Assembly: GCA_052034495.1 (NCBI GenBank)
Contig: JBPOIL010000003.1
Coordinates: forward strand, 18,345-82,344
Direction of reading: 5' to 3'
From: Patescibacteria group bacterium
GTDB lineage: Bacteria; Patescibacteriota; Saccharimonadia; CAILAD01; JADZBC01
Length of the DNA: 64,000 nt
Both the position numbers and the translations under genes were made by a program. The notes under the pieces were generated by a model. It saw nothing but the letters and a program-made list of their open reading frames with translations. It was not told where the DNA came from and made no database searches. Shown piece by piece: positions 1 through 8,717 of the stretch. Each line of letters opens with the position of its first letter. Within the stretch, counting starts at the first letter, position 1.

Positions 1-2595
1 CTGTCCTCCACCCTGCTTCACCTGGGTGCTGTAGGACTTTGGCTCGACACCCTCGATGTTCGGTTTTTGTTGGTTAAAGGTTGGAATATGGGGTTCTGCC
101 TTGGAGTCCGTTGGTTCGTTCGGTTTTTCTTCACCACCACCCATGCCCCACCATTCAGCTACAATACGCTCTACTTCTGCTCGCGGAGAGCTGTAATGTT
201 CATGACTACGGGCAACGATTTCTTTGGTATGGTCATGGGCTGGTTTCGGCATCATGAGGGTTTTGGCCGAGAATGGCATGGAAGTCTCTCCATCAATGCT
301 CATAGTGACGTATATCTGCTGCAAACCAAGGTTCACGAGGTCTAGTGGCTCAAATGCTGGCTCGAAGTACTTGGCCAAGTAGCCTGCATCTTCACTCCCT
401 ACGCGGAAGCTTACCATGGAGCCAACGTTACCGAATACAGCGTCTTTGACCTCATCGGGCATCTGGGCGATATACTGGTTTGCTACGGTTAGATATAAGC
501 CGTACTTACGTGCTTCAGACAGAATGACTGCGAAAGATTCGGTGGCGAAGTTCTGGAATTCGTCTACGTAAAGGTAGAATGGACGTCGATCATCGATGTT
601 TTCAATGTTAGCCCGGCTCATGGCGGCTAGCTGGATTTTGGTAATTAATAGTGCACCTAGGATGCTGGCGTTATCTTCGCCAAGTCGCCCACGCGATAGA
701 TCTACAATCAGGATCTTGCCTTCGTCCATCATCTGGCGGATGTCAAAGCTTGACCGGGTTTGGCCAAGGACGTTACGAATGAGCGGGTTCGCAGTAAAGG
801 CACCAACCTTGTTTAGAACCGGAGCGACTGCTTCGGAGGCGAACTTGTCGTTCCATGCTGCAAATTCGTTCACCCAGAAGGCTCTAACTACCGGGTCTGA
901 CACATTGCTAATGACATATTTACGATATACTTTGTCGGTCAACATACGGGTAATACCTAGCATAGTAGCATCTGGGGTCTCTAAGAGTGCCAAAAGCGTA
1001 AAGCGCAAGATGTGCTCTAAGCGAGGGCCCCATGAGTCGGCGAACATCTTCTTAAGTACGCCCACGATTTCAGAAGCAATGGACGCCCGCATGTTCGGGT
1101 CACTGTTCTCCATCGGGTTGAAGGCAATGGGATGTTCCAGGTCAGCTGGGTTAAAGTACACAACCTGATCCATGCGTTGTTTTGGAACGTGCCTAAGCAT
1201 GTCTTGGGCAAAGTCGCCGTGTGGATCGACTATTGCAAAGCCTTGATTCTGATATATGTCGGATAGTACTAAAAGCTCAAGTAAAAATGACTTACCAGAT
1301 CCACTTTTACCAATAACGTAGAAGTGTCGCTTGCGGTCGGTTCGTTTGATACCGAACTTAATATCGCCCTGACGGAATGTGGTGGTGCCGATGAGGCTCA
1401 GCTCGTTTGATGGAGTGTTGTGGAGGGTTGGTAAATTAGTTGGTGGCTCGCCTACTTTTGTTGATGTCCAAGCAATGTTTGGCGTTTCTACAGAAATATG
1501 TGGTAAGTGGTATAAACTGGCAAGCTCTTCGATGTTTAGGATAAAGCCCGATTCGTGGAAATAGCGCGATTGGTATTCTGCAAAGGCGTCTGGCCCAGTC
1601 TTAATAGGCGCGCTCGAAAAGCCGTTTAGGTTTACCGTATTGAACTGTTTAAATCCGCCCACAAGCGCTTGTACCCGCTGCTTGGCAGCTGCTGTGTTGC
1701 CACCCAGGTAGGCGATGCGGATCTTCACCTCGTAGCCGAGTTTCTGCGCCTTTGTTTCTACTGCGGCATTAATCGTGCTTTGGCCGGTACTCAGTTCCTT
1801 CTTGCCATCTTTTTTCTCCTCTTTTTTAGGAGGTTCGTGCGGGCCTATAAATGCGGCATGAAAGAACGCCCCTATCCACTGGGCTGGGATCATGATGATT
1901 TTTTGCTGCCATCCGTCCATTAACTTGGCTGGCTTACCCTTGGTGATCTCGTCAATGTACTGGATAGAGCGTTTATGCCAACTATCATCAACCGGTCGAA
2001 TTAAGAATTGCAGCCATAGCTCCTCTTGCTGACTGAGCTTGGTTAGAGCAGTCGTGATGCCTGCCAGCGGGTCAACTTCGAAGCTCGGGAAGGTTTTGAT
2101 TGGGAATACGTCGCTTTTGTCCAAGACAACTTCAGCCGTATGGACTTCCCTGCCCTGCAGATCCTTTTGTGCATAGTCATGTGTAATGTCTTGAATCTGT
2201 ACGGTCGGATACTGGGCGTAAACTTGGCTCTCAACGTAATCCTTGAGGTGGCTTGGTACCCAAATATAAAAGTTAATAACGTTTTCTTCGGAAGCAATTT
2301 CGAAGCTAATATGCTCTTGGATTACTTCACCTGAGTCGGTCTCTACAGACGGCCGCAATATCCCATGCAAGCTGGCGAATAGCTGCTCGGCTGAGAGTTC
2401 CTTTTTTTCATTATTCTTCGGAACAATGATCTGTAGAATCGCGTGTTCGGTCTGCTCAACCACCGAGATTATCTTCTTGGTCTTAAGTATCTTCCAGCCT
2501 AAATAAGCGGCAATCAGAACCCAGCCCCAGTACTGGAACAAAACAATGCCGATAAATGAAAAGATAGCACCCAGGGTCGTTGCAAAGATGTCCAT
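1..2595 (-). CDS. Type IV secretion/conjugation coupling ATPase (VirD4/TraG/TraD family). The gene starts at 2595 and its C-terminus runs past the window start.
   Basis: Minus-strand ORF from the ATG at 2593-2595 (MDIFATTLGAIFSF..., N-terminal TM segment) that stays open to position 1. Walker A GKSGSGKS and Walker B hhhhDE (FYLYVDEFQNF) are present in a large P-loop domain typical of T4SS coupling proteins. The + strand ORFs at 596-1168 and 67-345 are antisense junk. The start lies 9 nt after the stop of the upstream gene. Confidence 0.7.
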   Translation of the reverse strand, partial: MDIFATTLGAIFSFIGIVLFQYWGWVLIAAYLGWKILKTKKIISVVEQTEHAILQIIVPKNNEKKELSAEQLFASLHGILRPSVETDSGEVIQEHISFEIASEENVINFYIWVPSHLKDYVESQVYAQYPTVQIQDITHDYAQKDLQGREVHTAEVVLDKSDVFPIKTFPSFEVDPLAGITTALTKLSQQEELWLQFLIRPVDDSWHKRSIQYIDEITKGKPAKLMDGWQQKIIMIPAQWIGAFFHAAFIGPHEPPKKEEKKDGKKELSTGQSTINAAVETKAQKLGYEVKIRIAYLGGNTAAAKQRVQALVGGFKQFNTVNLNGFSSAPIKTGPDAFAEYQSRYFHESGFILNIEELASLYHLPHISVETPNIAWTSTKVGEPPTNLPTLHNTPSNELSLIGTTTFRQGDIKFGIKRTDRKRHFYVIGKSGSGKSFLLELLVLSDIYQNQGFAIVDPHGDFAQDMLRHVPKQRMDQVVYFNPADLEHPIAFNPMENSDPNMRASIASEIVGVLKKMFADSWGPRLEHILRFTLLALLETPDATMLGITRMLTDKVYRKYVISNVSDPVVRAFWVNEFAAWNDKFASEAVAPVLNKVGAFTANPLIRNVLGQTRSSFDIRQMMDEGKILIVDLSRGRLGEDNASILGALLITKIQLAAMSRANIENIDDRRPFYLYVDEFQNFATESFAVILSEARKYGLYLTVANQYIAQMPDEVKDAVFGNVGSMVSFRVGSEDAGYLAKYFEPAFEPLDLVNLGLQQIYVTMSIDGETSMPFSAKTLMMPKPAHDHTKEIVARSHEHYSSPRAEVERIVAEWWGMGGGEEKPNEPTDSKAEPHIPTFNQQKPNIEGVEPKSYSTQVKQGGGQ

Positions 2596-2604
2596 AGACA
2601 GATG

Positions 2605-3633
2605 TTAGGCCTTTTTAAGCTGGTAGGTTGCCTTGGCAACTCGTTCGAACTGCGGTTTTTCCTGCAGATTGAGAGCGATAGTCGTAACTTTGACTTGTCG
2701 ACGCGCGAGAACGCGGCGTACGATTTCGTCTTTTGTTAGAGGCGACTCTTCTTTAAGAATCCCTTCTATGATATCAGCTACCGTACCTGCTTGGTAGCCC
2801 CATTCCGCTAATGCATAAATGCCGCGGCCGATCAGTACAAAGCGTTTATCTTTGATGAGTTCGTTGTGTACAGCTTGGGTAGTTACCTTCTTAGGATTCG
2901 CCTGAACTTGATCTAGTTTCGCAGCGATGTCAGAAAAGTGCATTGGTCGACCGTTCTTTTTGAGTACCAAATAGACTTTATCACGGATACTCTTTGGATT
3001 GACTTCTGGCCAGTGGCTTAAGCCCCAGTTTTCTTCTAGCTCTGCCATCTTGGCAGATGCATGGGCAATTTCCATAAGTGAGTCGGCCTTATGCGGGCCA
3101 TCAATCTTGCCTGCAATACGCTCGAATCTACCTGGCTTACCAAGTTCTTTGGTTGTGCTAAGGATGAGTTGATGTAGCTCTTTTACATCCTCCTCGCTAT
3201 ACACTTCGGCATTCACGACAAGACTATCGAGCAAGTCGTTCTTATCGAGGTAGTAGAACTTCGGGTTGGTACGGATAATAAAACTAAGTTCGGCAGCTAG
3301 TTCCTGGTCAGTTAGGCGACCGACTACTTGTTCAAAGCGAATTACGCCACCCTTTTTGTCGATTATAGCAATAAGTGTGTTCGAGAAATCAGTATTAATC
3401 TCGTTTTCTTGGCGAATACGGGCAAGGGCTGCCTTTTCAATCTGTCGGACGCGCTCACGAGTAATACCAAGCTGCTGGCCAATTTGTTCGAGCGTCTGCG
3501 GTTTATTGCCAAGCACACCGTGGCGCTTCGTCAGAACTTCGCGATCACGATCCTTGCGCAGGACTTCGAGCGAGGCTTCGATCATAGTCCTGAGGTCTTC
3601 TAGGTTGTATTGAATGTTGTTAGTTTTATCCAT
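2605..3633 (-). CDS. Sigma-70 region-4-like HTH protein with a long C-terminal domain that looks winged-helix/HARE-HTH-like. Not a complete sigma factor.
   Basis: The N-terminus (REVLTKRHGVLGNKPQTLEQIGQQLGITRERVRQIEKAALARIR) matches the sigma-70 region 4.2 consensus. Regions 2 and 3 are absent. The C-terminal segment IRDKVYLVLKKNGRPMHFSDIAAKL...RFVLIGRGIYALAEW resembles wHTH/HARE-HTH. Confidence 0.5.
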   Translation of the reverse strand: MDKTNNIQYNLEDLRTMIEASLEVLRKDRDREVLTKRHGVLGNKPQTLEQIGQQLGITRERVRQIEKAALARIRQENEINTDFSNTLIAIIDKKGGVIRFEQVVGRLTDQELAAELSFIIRTNPKFYYLDKNDLLDSLVVNAEVYSEEDVKELHQLILSTTKELGKPGRFERIAGKIDGPHKADSLMEIAHASAKMAELEENWGLSHWPEVNPKSIRDKVYLVLKKNGRPMHFSDIAAKLDQVQANPKKVTTQAVHNELIKDKRFVLIGRGIYALAEWGYQAGTVADIIEGILKEESPLTKDEIVRRVLARRQVKVTTIALNLQEKPQFERVAKATYQLKKA

Positions 3634-3783
3634 AAAAATAAAATCACCCTCACCGTTATAGTTAGGTATGGGCTGCTCAATAAGGAGTCAAGCCTCATAC
3701 GACATAAGCAATTATACTATATGAGCCCTATTAAGTCAACACAAAACATTGTCTAATATTTTGGAGGCAACTGACGCTAACAG

Positions 3784-6087
3784 CTACTTTTTACGGCGCG
3801 GGCGGGCTTTTTTATTGGGGGCTTCGGCAATAATCTGTTTGGCTTGCTCGAGGGTAATGTTTGCTGGGTCTGTATTCTTGGGCGGCTTAGCATTCTTTTT
3901 ACCATCCGTTACATATACCCCGTAGCGACCGTTGATGATGTCGATGCCTTCTTTCTCAAAACGCTGAATATACTTTGCTGCTTCAGCCTTTTGCTTTTCG
4001 ACAATAAGTTCGCGGGCGCGATCTAGGGTTATGTCGAATGGACTCTCGGGCTTAATTGAAACGAAGAGTTTGCCAATCTTTACATACGGACCGAACGGTC
4101 CGATGTTCGCGAGGATTTCTTGGCCATCGCTCGTTTGGCCGACCGTGCGGGGTAGCTTAAACATTTCGAGGGCTTCATCCAACGTAACTTCCTCGAGCCT
4201 CTTGCCTTCAGGCATTGGTGCAAAGGTAGGCTTATTCTCCTTGTCTTCAGTACTGCCCATCTGTAGCATCGGCCCGTATTTACCGAACCGAGCCAGGATT
4301 GGTTTGCCGTTTTTAGGGTGTACACCTATCTCTCGCGCTTGCGCCACGGCAGAACGGTCAATTCCCCCAGATGCCGCAATCAGAGCGTGAAACGGCTTAT
4401 AGAAGTGCGTGAGCATATCATTGCGGGCCAGTTTGCCTTCAGCGATGTCGTCAAATTCCTTCTCGACGTCAGCAGTAAAGCCATAATCAACGACTTTCTC
4501 GAAGTAATCAGTCAGGAAGTCACTAATCAGTTCTCCACTTGGCGTCGGCACGAGTTTGCCCTTGTCGGAGCCGGTCTTTTCTTCAATAACTTCCCGCTCC
4601 AACTTTTTATCTGCCAAATTGAGCACAATCACTTCGCGCGGCGTTCCTTCGCCCTCGCCTTTTATGGCATAACCACGGGCCTGGACGGTGGAAATTATCG
4701 TGGCATAGGTGGATGGTCGGCCAATCCCAAGCTCTTCGAGCTTCTTGACTAAGCTACCTTCGCTGTATCTGGCAGGTGGTCGGGCAAATATTTGCTTGGC
4801 TTGGGCGCTTTGCATCTCGAGCACCTGGTCAGCTTCGAGCGGAGGCAGGATGTCAGGGTCTTTCTTGCTGCCGCCATATACCTTCATAAACCCATCGAAT
4901 ATCACAACTTCACCCTTTGCCTCGAAGCTCTCTTTGCTGCTCGATATAGTAATCACAGCCGTAGTGCGTTCGAGTTCTGCCGGCGCCATCTGACTCGCAA
5001 GTGTACGTCGGCGAATCAAATCGTAGAGCTTTTGGTCGTAAGCGTTTGCACTCGCCTTCTCCGCCCGTACATCTGTGGGACGGATCGCCTCGTGAGCTTC
5101 TTGGGCGCTCGCCGACTTGGTTTTAAACGTGCGCAAATTATGATACTTGTCGCCAAACTCACTCTTTATATAGTTAGTAATTTGGCCAAGTGCTTGCTTG
5201 CTTAGGTTTACCGAATCAGTACGCATGTAGGTAATCTTACCTTCCTGGTAGAGCTTTTGGGCAGCCGACATGGTCGCTTTGGCGCTAAAGCCCAGTCTGC
5301 TATTGGCATCCTGCTGCAAGGTACTGGTAGTGTAGGGCGCTCCAGGGTTGCGTTTGCTCGGGCTGGTCGTAACTTTCGACACGCTAAAGTTGGCATCGAG
5401 CAGGCTCTTTAGGAACGCTTCGGCTTCTGCTTCGCTGGCGAAGCGTTTAGGTAGCTCGGCTTTAAATGCTTGACCGTCATGAATGAATTCAGCAGTAATT
5501 TTAAACTCCGATGAACCTTCGAAGGCTCGGATTTCGCGTTCACGCTCTACAAGTAAACGTACTGCCGGGGACTGCACGCGCCCAGCCGATTTTCCTCCTG
5601 GTACCTTTTGCCACACTACTGGTGAGAGCTCAAAGCCTACTATGCGATCCAGAATCTGCCTGGCCTGCTGGGCTTCTACTAGGCTCATATCGACCGTGCG
5701 AGGCTCTTTTACTGCTTCACTAATGGCGTCTTGGGTGATTTCGTGGAATACAATGCGCTTTGTGTTTTTGGGGTCAAGCCCAAGTACCTCGCACAAATGC
5801 CAGGCAATAGCCTCTCCTTCGCGGTCTTCATCGGTAGCCAGCCAGACGGTATCGGTTGCTTTCACTGCTCGCTTTAGCTCGGTGATCACCTTTTTCTTCT
5901 CAGGATCGACCTCGTAGACTGTCTTAAAACCATTGTCTACATCAATCGTTTTGCTGCCATCCTTAGTCTTTTTGGCAATTGAGCGAATATGGCCAATACT
6001 CGATAATACCTGGAAATCTTTGCCCAGGTACTTTTCTATGGTCTTTGCCTTTGCGGGGCTCTCTACGATAACGAGGTTTTTGCTCAT
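3784..6087 (-). CDS. topA: DNA topoisomerase I
   Basis: The 767-aa product has a TOPRIM N-terminus (MSKNLVIVESPAKAKTIEKYLG) and the topoisomerase IA core; length and order are typical. Confidence 0.9.
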   Translation of the reverse strand: MSKNLVIVESPAKAKTIEKYLGKDFQVLSSIGHIRSIAKKTKDGSKTIDVDNGFKTVYEVDPEKKKVITELKRAVKATDTVWLATDEDREGEAIAWHLCEVLGLDPKNTKRIVFHEITQDAISEAVKEPRTVDMSLVEAQQARQILDRIVGFELSPVVWQKVPGGKSAGRVQSPAVRLLVEREREIRAFEGSSEFKITAEFIHDGQAFKAELPKRFASEAEAEAFLKSLLDANFSVSKVTTSPSKRNPGAPYTTSTLQQDANSRLGFSAKATMSAAQKLYQEGKITYMRTDSVNLSKQALGQITNYIKSEFGDKYHNLRTFKTKSASAQEAHEAIRPTDVRAEKASANAYDQKLYDLIRRRTLASQMAPAELERTTAVITISSSKESFEAKGEVVIFDGFMKVYGGSKKDPDILPPLEADQVLEMQSAQAKQIFARPPARYSEGSLVKKLEELGIGRPSTYATIISTVQARGYAIKGEGEGTPREVIVLNLADKKLEREVIEEKTGSDKGKLVPTPSGELISDFLTDYFEKVVDYGFTADVEKEFDDIAEGKLARNDMLTHFYKPFHALIAASGGIDRSAVAQAREIGVHPKNGKPILARFGKYGPMLQMGSTEDKENKPTFAPMPEGKRLEEVTLDEALEMFKLPRTVGQTSDGQEILANIGPFGPYVKIGKLFVSIKPESPFDITLDRARELIVEKQKAEAAKYIQRFEKEGIDIINGRYGVYVTDGKKNAKPPKNTDPANITLEQAKQIIAEAPNKKARPRRKK

Positions 6088-6227
6088 GTCTTTGTAATGC
6101 TAATGCTTATAGGTTTGCTTTGCAAGTTAATATAGTTTGCCGACTTGAATGTTGGCTTAAAGTCACAATCAGAGACTATACAGAGTAGGCTTGGCATTGT
6201 CAAAGAGACATATAGTGTCCAAATGTA

Positions 6228-6256
6228 TTGACATTATCTATCAATTATTGTATCAT
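6228..6256 (+). promoter_or_regulatory. Sigma-70-type promoter (TTGACA, 17 nt spacer, TATCAT) upstream of the alpha-CTD-like gene
   Basis: TTGACA at 6228-6233 and TATCAT at 6251-6256 with a 17-nt spacer, about 44 nt upstream of the RBS AGGAGAAG and the ATG at 6300. Confidence 0.35.
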
Positions 6257-6299
6257 TCTGCTCAGTCCATGACCTATTGTCTATCTCGAAGGAGAAGCC

Positions 6300-6845
6300 A
6301 TGGAAGACCGAGATACCAGAATTGCGCGTCAAGCGCACGAAGCTGCCATCCGTTTGGCAGCAGAAGCATTCGTTGCCCTGGCAGCCGGCAAGGTTCCGCC
6401 AAGCTTGGAGTTCTCGGCGGACATCTTGTTCGTCGCCGACCTGGGGCTGAGCGACAAGCCCAGCCGCTTGTTGGCCGAGCAGGGCATCGAACTCGTCGGC
6501 GACCTGGTTCGCCACAGCGAGGACGACCTCCTCGTCATCATCGGCTTTGGGGAGAAGTCGCTCGATGAGGTGAGGGCCAGGCTCGCCGAGCACGAGCTCA
6601 CCCTGAAGGGCTCTGAGCTGCCTGCTCCGACTCCGGTGCAGAACCTGCGCTTCAGTGCTGTTGTGCTTCGGCGCTTCGCCAGGGGAACGTTCAGGCTCGA
6701 CGGTACGTACGTCCCCATCGAGACGGTCGAACAGCTCGTTCGGCTGTGCGCCGATGACCTCCTCACGATCCCCGGTTTCGGCCAGGCCTACCTCAGGCAG
6801 GTCGAACAGGTACTTGCCCGCCACGGCAAGTCCCTGCGCCAGTAG
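6300..6845 (+). CDS. Standalone protein made of two tandem RNA polymerase alpha-subunit C-terminal-domain-like (alpha-CTD) helix-hairpin-helix modules; high-GC islet gene
   Basis: RBS AGGAGAAG precedes the ATG. Both halves (LSDKPSRLLAEQGIELVGDLVRHSEDDLLVIIGFGEKSLDEVRARL and LRFSAVVLRRFARGTFRLDGTYVPIETVEQLVRLCADDLLTIPGFGQAYLRQVEQVL) resemble RpoA CTD (SVRSANCLK...GDLV...ELLK.PNLGKKSL.EI). GC3 is high on the + strand; the overlapping minus ORFs 6234-6824 and 6329-6766 are low-complexity antisense. Confidence 0.55.
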   Translation: MEDRDTRIARQAHEAAIRLAAEAFVALAAGKVPPSLEFSADILFVADLGLSDKPSRLLAEQGIELVGDLVRHSEDDLLVIIGFGEKSLDEVRARLAEHELTLKGSELPAPTPVQNLRFSAVVLRRFARGTFRLDGTYVPIETVEQLVRLCADDLLTIPGFGQAYLRQVEQVLARHGKSLRQ

Positions 6846-6874
6846 GTGGCACCTTCGCTTCAGGCGGACGATTC

Positions 6875-6904
6875 GATCGCTCCTCCTGGGGCGATCTTTC
6901 GTTT
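6875..6904 (+). terminator. Rho-independent terminator (GATCGC stem, tcctcctgg loop, GCGATC stem, then TTTCGTTT)
   Basis: Hairpin at 6875-6896 followed by a T-rich run, 30 nt after the stop of the 6300-6845 gene. Confidence 0.4.
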
Positions 6905-7763
6905 AAGAGGTCAAAACCCACTGGCCAGCGCCGATGTTCCGAACCTTGCCAGTTATTTCCATTAGGCTCAGCATGCCGGCGATCTTTTCGGCAGGAATGT
7001 CACTCTTTTCTATTAGGTCGTGCGTAGTATGGCTACCCGCATCTATGAGCTCCATGAGTCGCGCCTCTTCTGCAGAATCTGCCCTTCGCTTCTTTGGCTT
7101 TACTAACGTGCTTTGTAGGCCGAGTTCGGACAGTATATCTACTGCGTCTAGTACTGGCTTGGCGCCACATTTGAGTAAGTTATTTGGCCCCGCTGAGCGC
7201 GGGCTCGTGACGTTGCCAGGTACAGCCATGACCATGCGGTTCTCCTGCAGGGCGAAGTTGGCTGTAATAAGCGATCCGCTACTGGCGTTGGCTTCTGTAA
7301 TGACGGTAGCAAGGCTGAGTCCGGCAATTATCCTGTTGCGAGCCGGAAAGTTTTGCTTAAACGGTGTGGTGCCTTCGGGGTATTCACTTATAACGCCGCC
7401 GCCAGAAGCCACTATCGCTTTGAATAAGTGGAAGTTTGACCTGGGCGAAGGTGCGTCTAGGCCGCTCGCTAGAACCGCCACAGTCGCACCGCAAGCATCA
7501 AGCGCAGCCTGATGAGCAATTGCGTCTACCCCGAGTGCCATACCGCTTACTATGCATATACCTGCACGGGCTAGATCGTAGGCCAGCCGGTACGTTATTT
7601 GCTTGCCGTAGTCTGTAATTGCCCTACTCCCCACTATAGCTACCATTGGCAGATCAGGTACGTTGCCGACTACATATAGCTCCTTGGGCGGAGCCGCAAT
7701 ATCGCGCAAAAGAGCAGGATATTTGTTGCTATTGTATCGTATATATTGCATAGGATTATCCAT
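6903..7763 (-). CDS. dprA: DNA processing protein DprA (Smf)
   Basis: 286 aa; Rossmann-like DprA core with VVSGMALGVDAIAHQAALDACGATVAVLASGLD. Confidence 0.85.
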   Translation of the reverse strand: MDNPMQYIRYNSNKYPALLRDIAAPPKELYVVGNVPDLPMVAIVGSRAITDYGKQITYRLAYDLARAGICIVSGMALGVDAIAHQAALDACGATVAVLASGLDAPSPRSNFHLFKAIVASGGGVISEYPEGTTPFKQNFPARNRIIAGLSLATVITEANASSGSLITANFALQENRMVMAVPGNVTSPRSAGPNNLLKCGAKPVLDAVDILSELGLQSTLVKPKKRRADSAEEARLMELIDAGSHTTHDLIEKSDIPAEKIAGMLSLMEITGKVRNIGAGQWVLTS

Positions 7764-7813
7764 GATCTAACCTGTTAAGCATAAATAGTATAAAACTATC
7801 CCTGTAAAAAGTG

Positions 7814-7842
7814 TTGACAAAAGCACTAAGGTATGTTAGTAT
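7814..7842 (+). promoter_or_regulatory. Near-consensus sigma-70 promoter (TTGACA, 17 nt spacer, TAGTAT) firing into a gene-free intergenic region
   Basis: TTGACA at 7814-7819 and TAGTAT at 7837-7842; no + strand ORF downstream before the terminator at about 8100. Confidence 0.35.
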
Positions 7843-7845
7843 ACG

Positions 7846-8100
7846 TAGGCTCTTATAAAGCCATGTAAAAACGGCTCAAACGAGAGTGCACCTCACACAA
7901 AACTCACCTCATTATTGAAGTGAGTAATCTGCTCTCGAGGCTAAACCTAAAACTCACCCTCCTTTAGGTTCTCGGAGCAGATTACTCCCTTTAATTGCCA
8001 CGGTCTACTTATTACTATAGCGACTGCAAAATCCCAAACTTCGGGGGCATTAGAGGGTGTTAAAACGGACTCGACTCCTTTATTGAAGCGAGTCTTTTTT
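7846..8100 (+). ncRNA. Candidate structured small RNA of about 250 nt with unknown family
   Basis: Bounded by the 7814-7842 promoter and the 8068-8100 terminator. Contains an extended hairpin of about 80 nt (GAGTAATCTGCTCTCGAG at 7922-7939 pairing with CTCGGAGCAGATTACTC at 7972-7988, with an inner ACCTAAA/TTTAGGT stem) and a repeated motif TTATTGAAG[TC]GAGT (about 7908 and about 8079). No ORF is present. Confidence 0.25.
8068..8100. terminator. Intrinsic terminator (GACTCG stem, 15-nt loop, CGAGTC stem, then TTTTTT), probably bidirectional
   Basis: Stem at 8068-8073/8089-8094 with a T6 run on the + side; on the minus strand a TTTT run follows the hairpin downstream of the pth stop at 8151. 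Confidence 0.5.
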
Positions 8101-8150
8101 AATTCTAAAGTGTTCGCTTTTTGATTGCTAGTCTAGAAGGCAATTTTTGG

Positions 8151-8717
8151 TTAATCTTCCAAAACTGAGCGCGAAAGATGTTCAGCTCCATCAGTAATAA
8201 TCTCTGTAAGGATGTCGGTTGCTTCGGTGGCGATGGCTGGCAAATGTTTCTGCTCATAGGCACTGAACTTTTGCAGGACATAATCGCGCGCATCAGTCTG
8301 CCCTCGCTCGCTCCCCGCTATGCCGACTCGCAGGCGAACAAAGTCTTTCCCGACCGTCTCAATGATTGAACCGAGGCCGTTTTGCCCACCGCTACTACCC
8401 CCTATCCGCACACGCACCTTACCAAAGGTCAAATCCAGGTCATCCGAAACAACTACAACCTCCTCAAGTGGCACTTTGTAATACTGCATTAAGGCCATAA
8501 CTGCCTTGCCGCTCCGATTCATATAGGTATCTGGTTTAGCCAATATGACCTTATCTGCGCCAATGAGTGCCGTTGTGGTGTGAGCGAAGAACTTTGTTTG
8601 GTGCTGCCAGTTGGCATCGTGCCGATTGGCTAGCTCGTCAACTACCACGAAGCCGGCGTTGTGCCGTGTTTTTTCATATTCACTACCTACGTTGCCGAGC
8701 CCAACTACGAGCTTCAT
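8151..8717 (-). CDS. pth: Peptidyl-tRNA hydrolase
   Basis: 188 aa with MKLVVGLGNVGSEYEKTRHNAGF, the canonical Pth N-terminus; overlaps the der stop by 4 nt. Confidence 0.9.
   Translation of the reverse strand: MKLVVGLGNVGSEYEKTRHNAGFVVVDELANRHDANWQHQTKFFAHTTTALIGADKVILAKPDTYMNRSGKAVMALMQYYKVPLEEVVVVSDDLDLTFGKVRVRIGGSSGGQNGLGSIIETVGKDFVRLRVGIAGSERGQTDARDYVLQKFSAYEQKHLPAIATEATDILTEIITDGAEHLSRSVLED

Noticed and set aside
596-1211. + strand 190-aa ORF and minus 64-aa ORF in the first 1.2 kb
   Set aside because: They lie inside, and are antisense or out of frame to, the long VirD4/TraG-like gene that runs off the window edge.
6234-6824. 196-aa and 145-aa minus-strand ORFs overlapping the alpha-CTD-like gene
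   Set aside because: They are antisense frames of high-GC DNA: Arg/Ala/Ser-rich, with no RBS and lower GC3. The + strand frame has an RBS and domain similarity.
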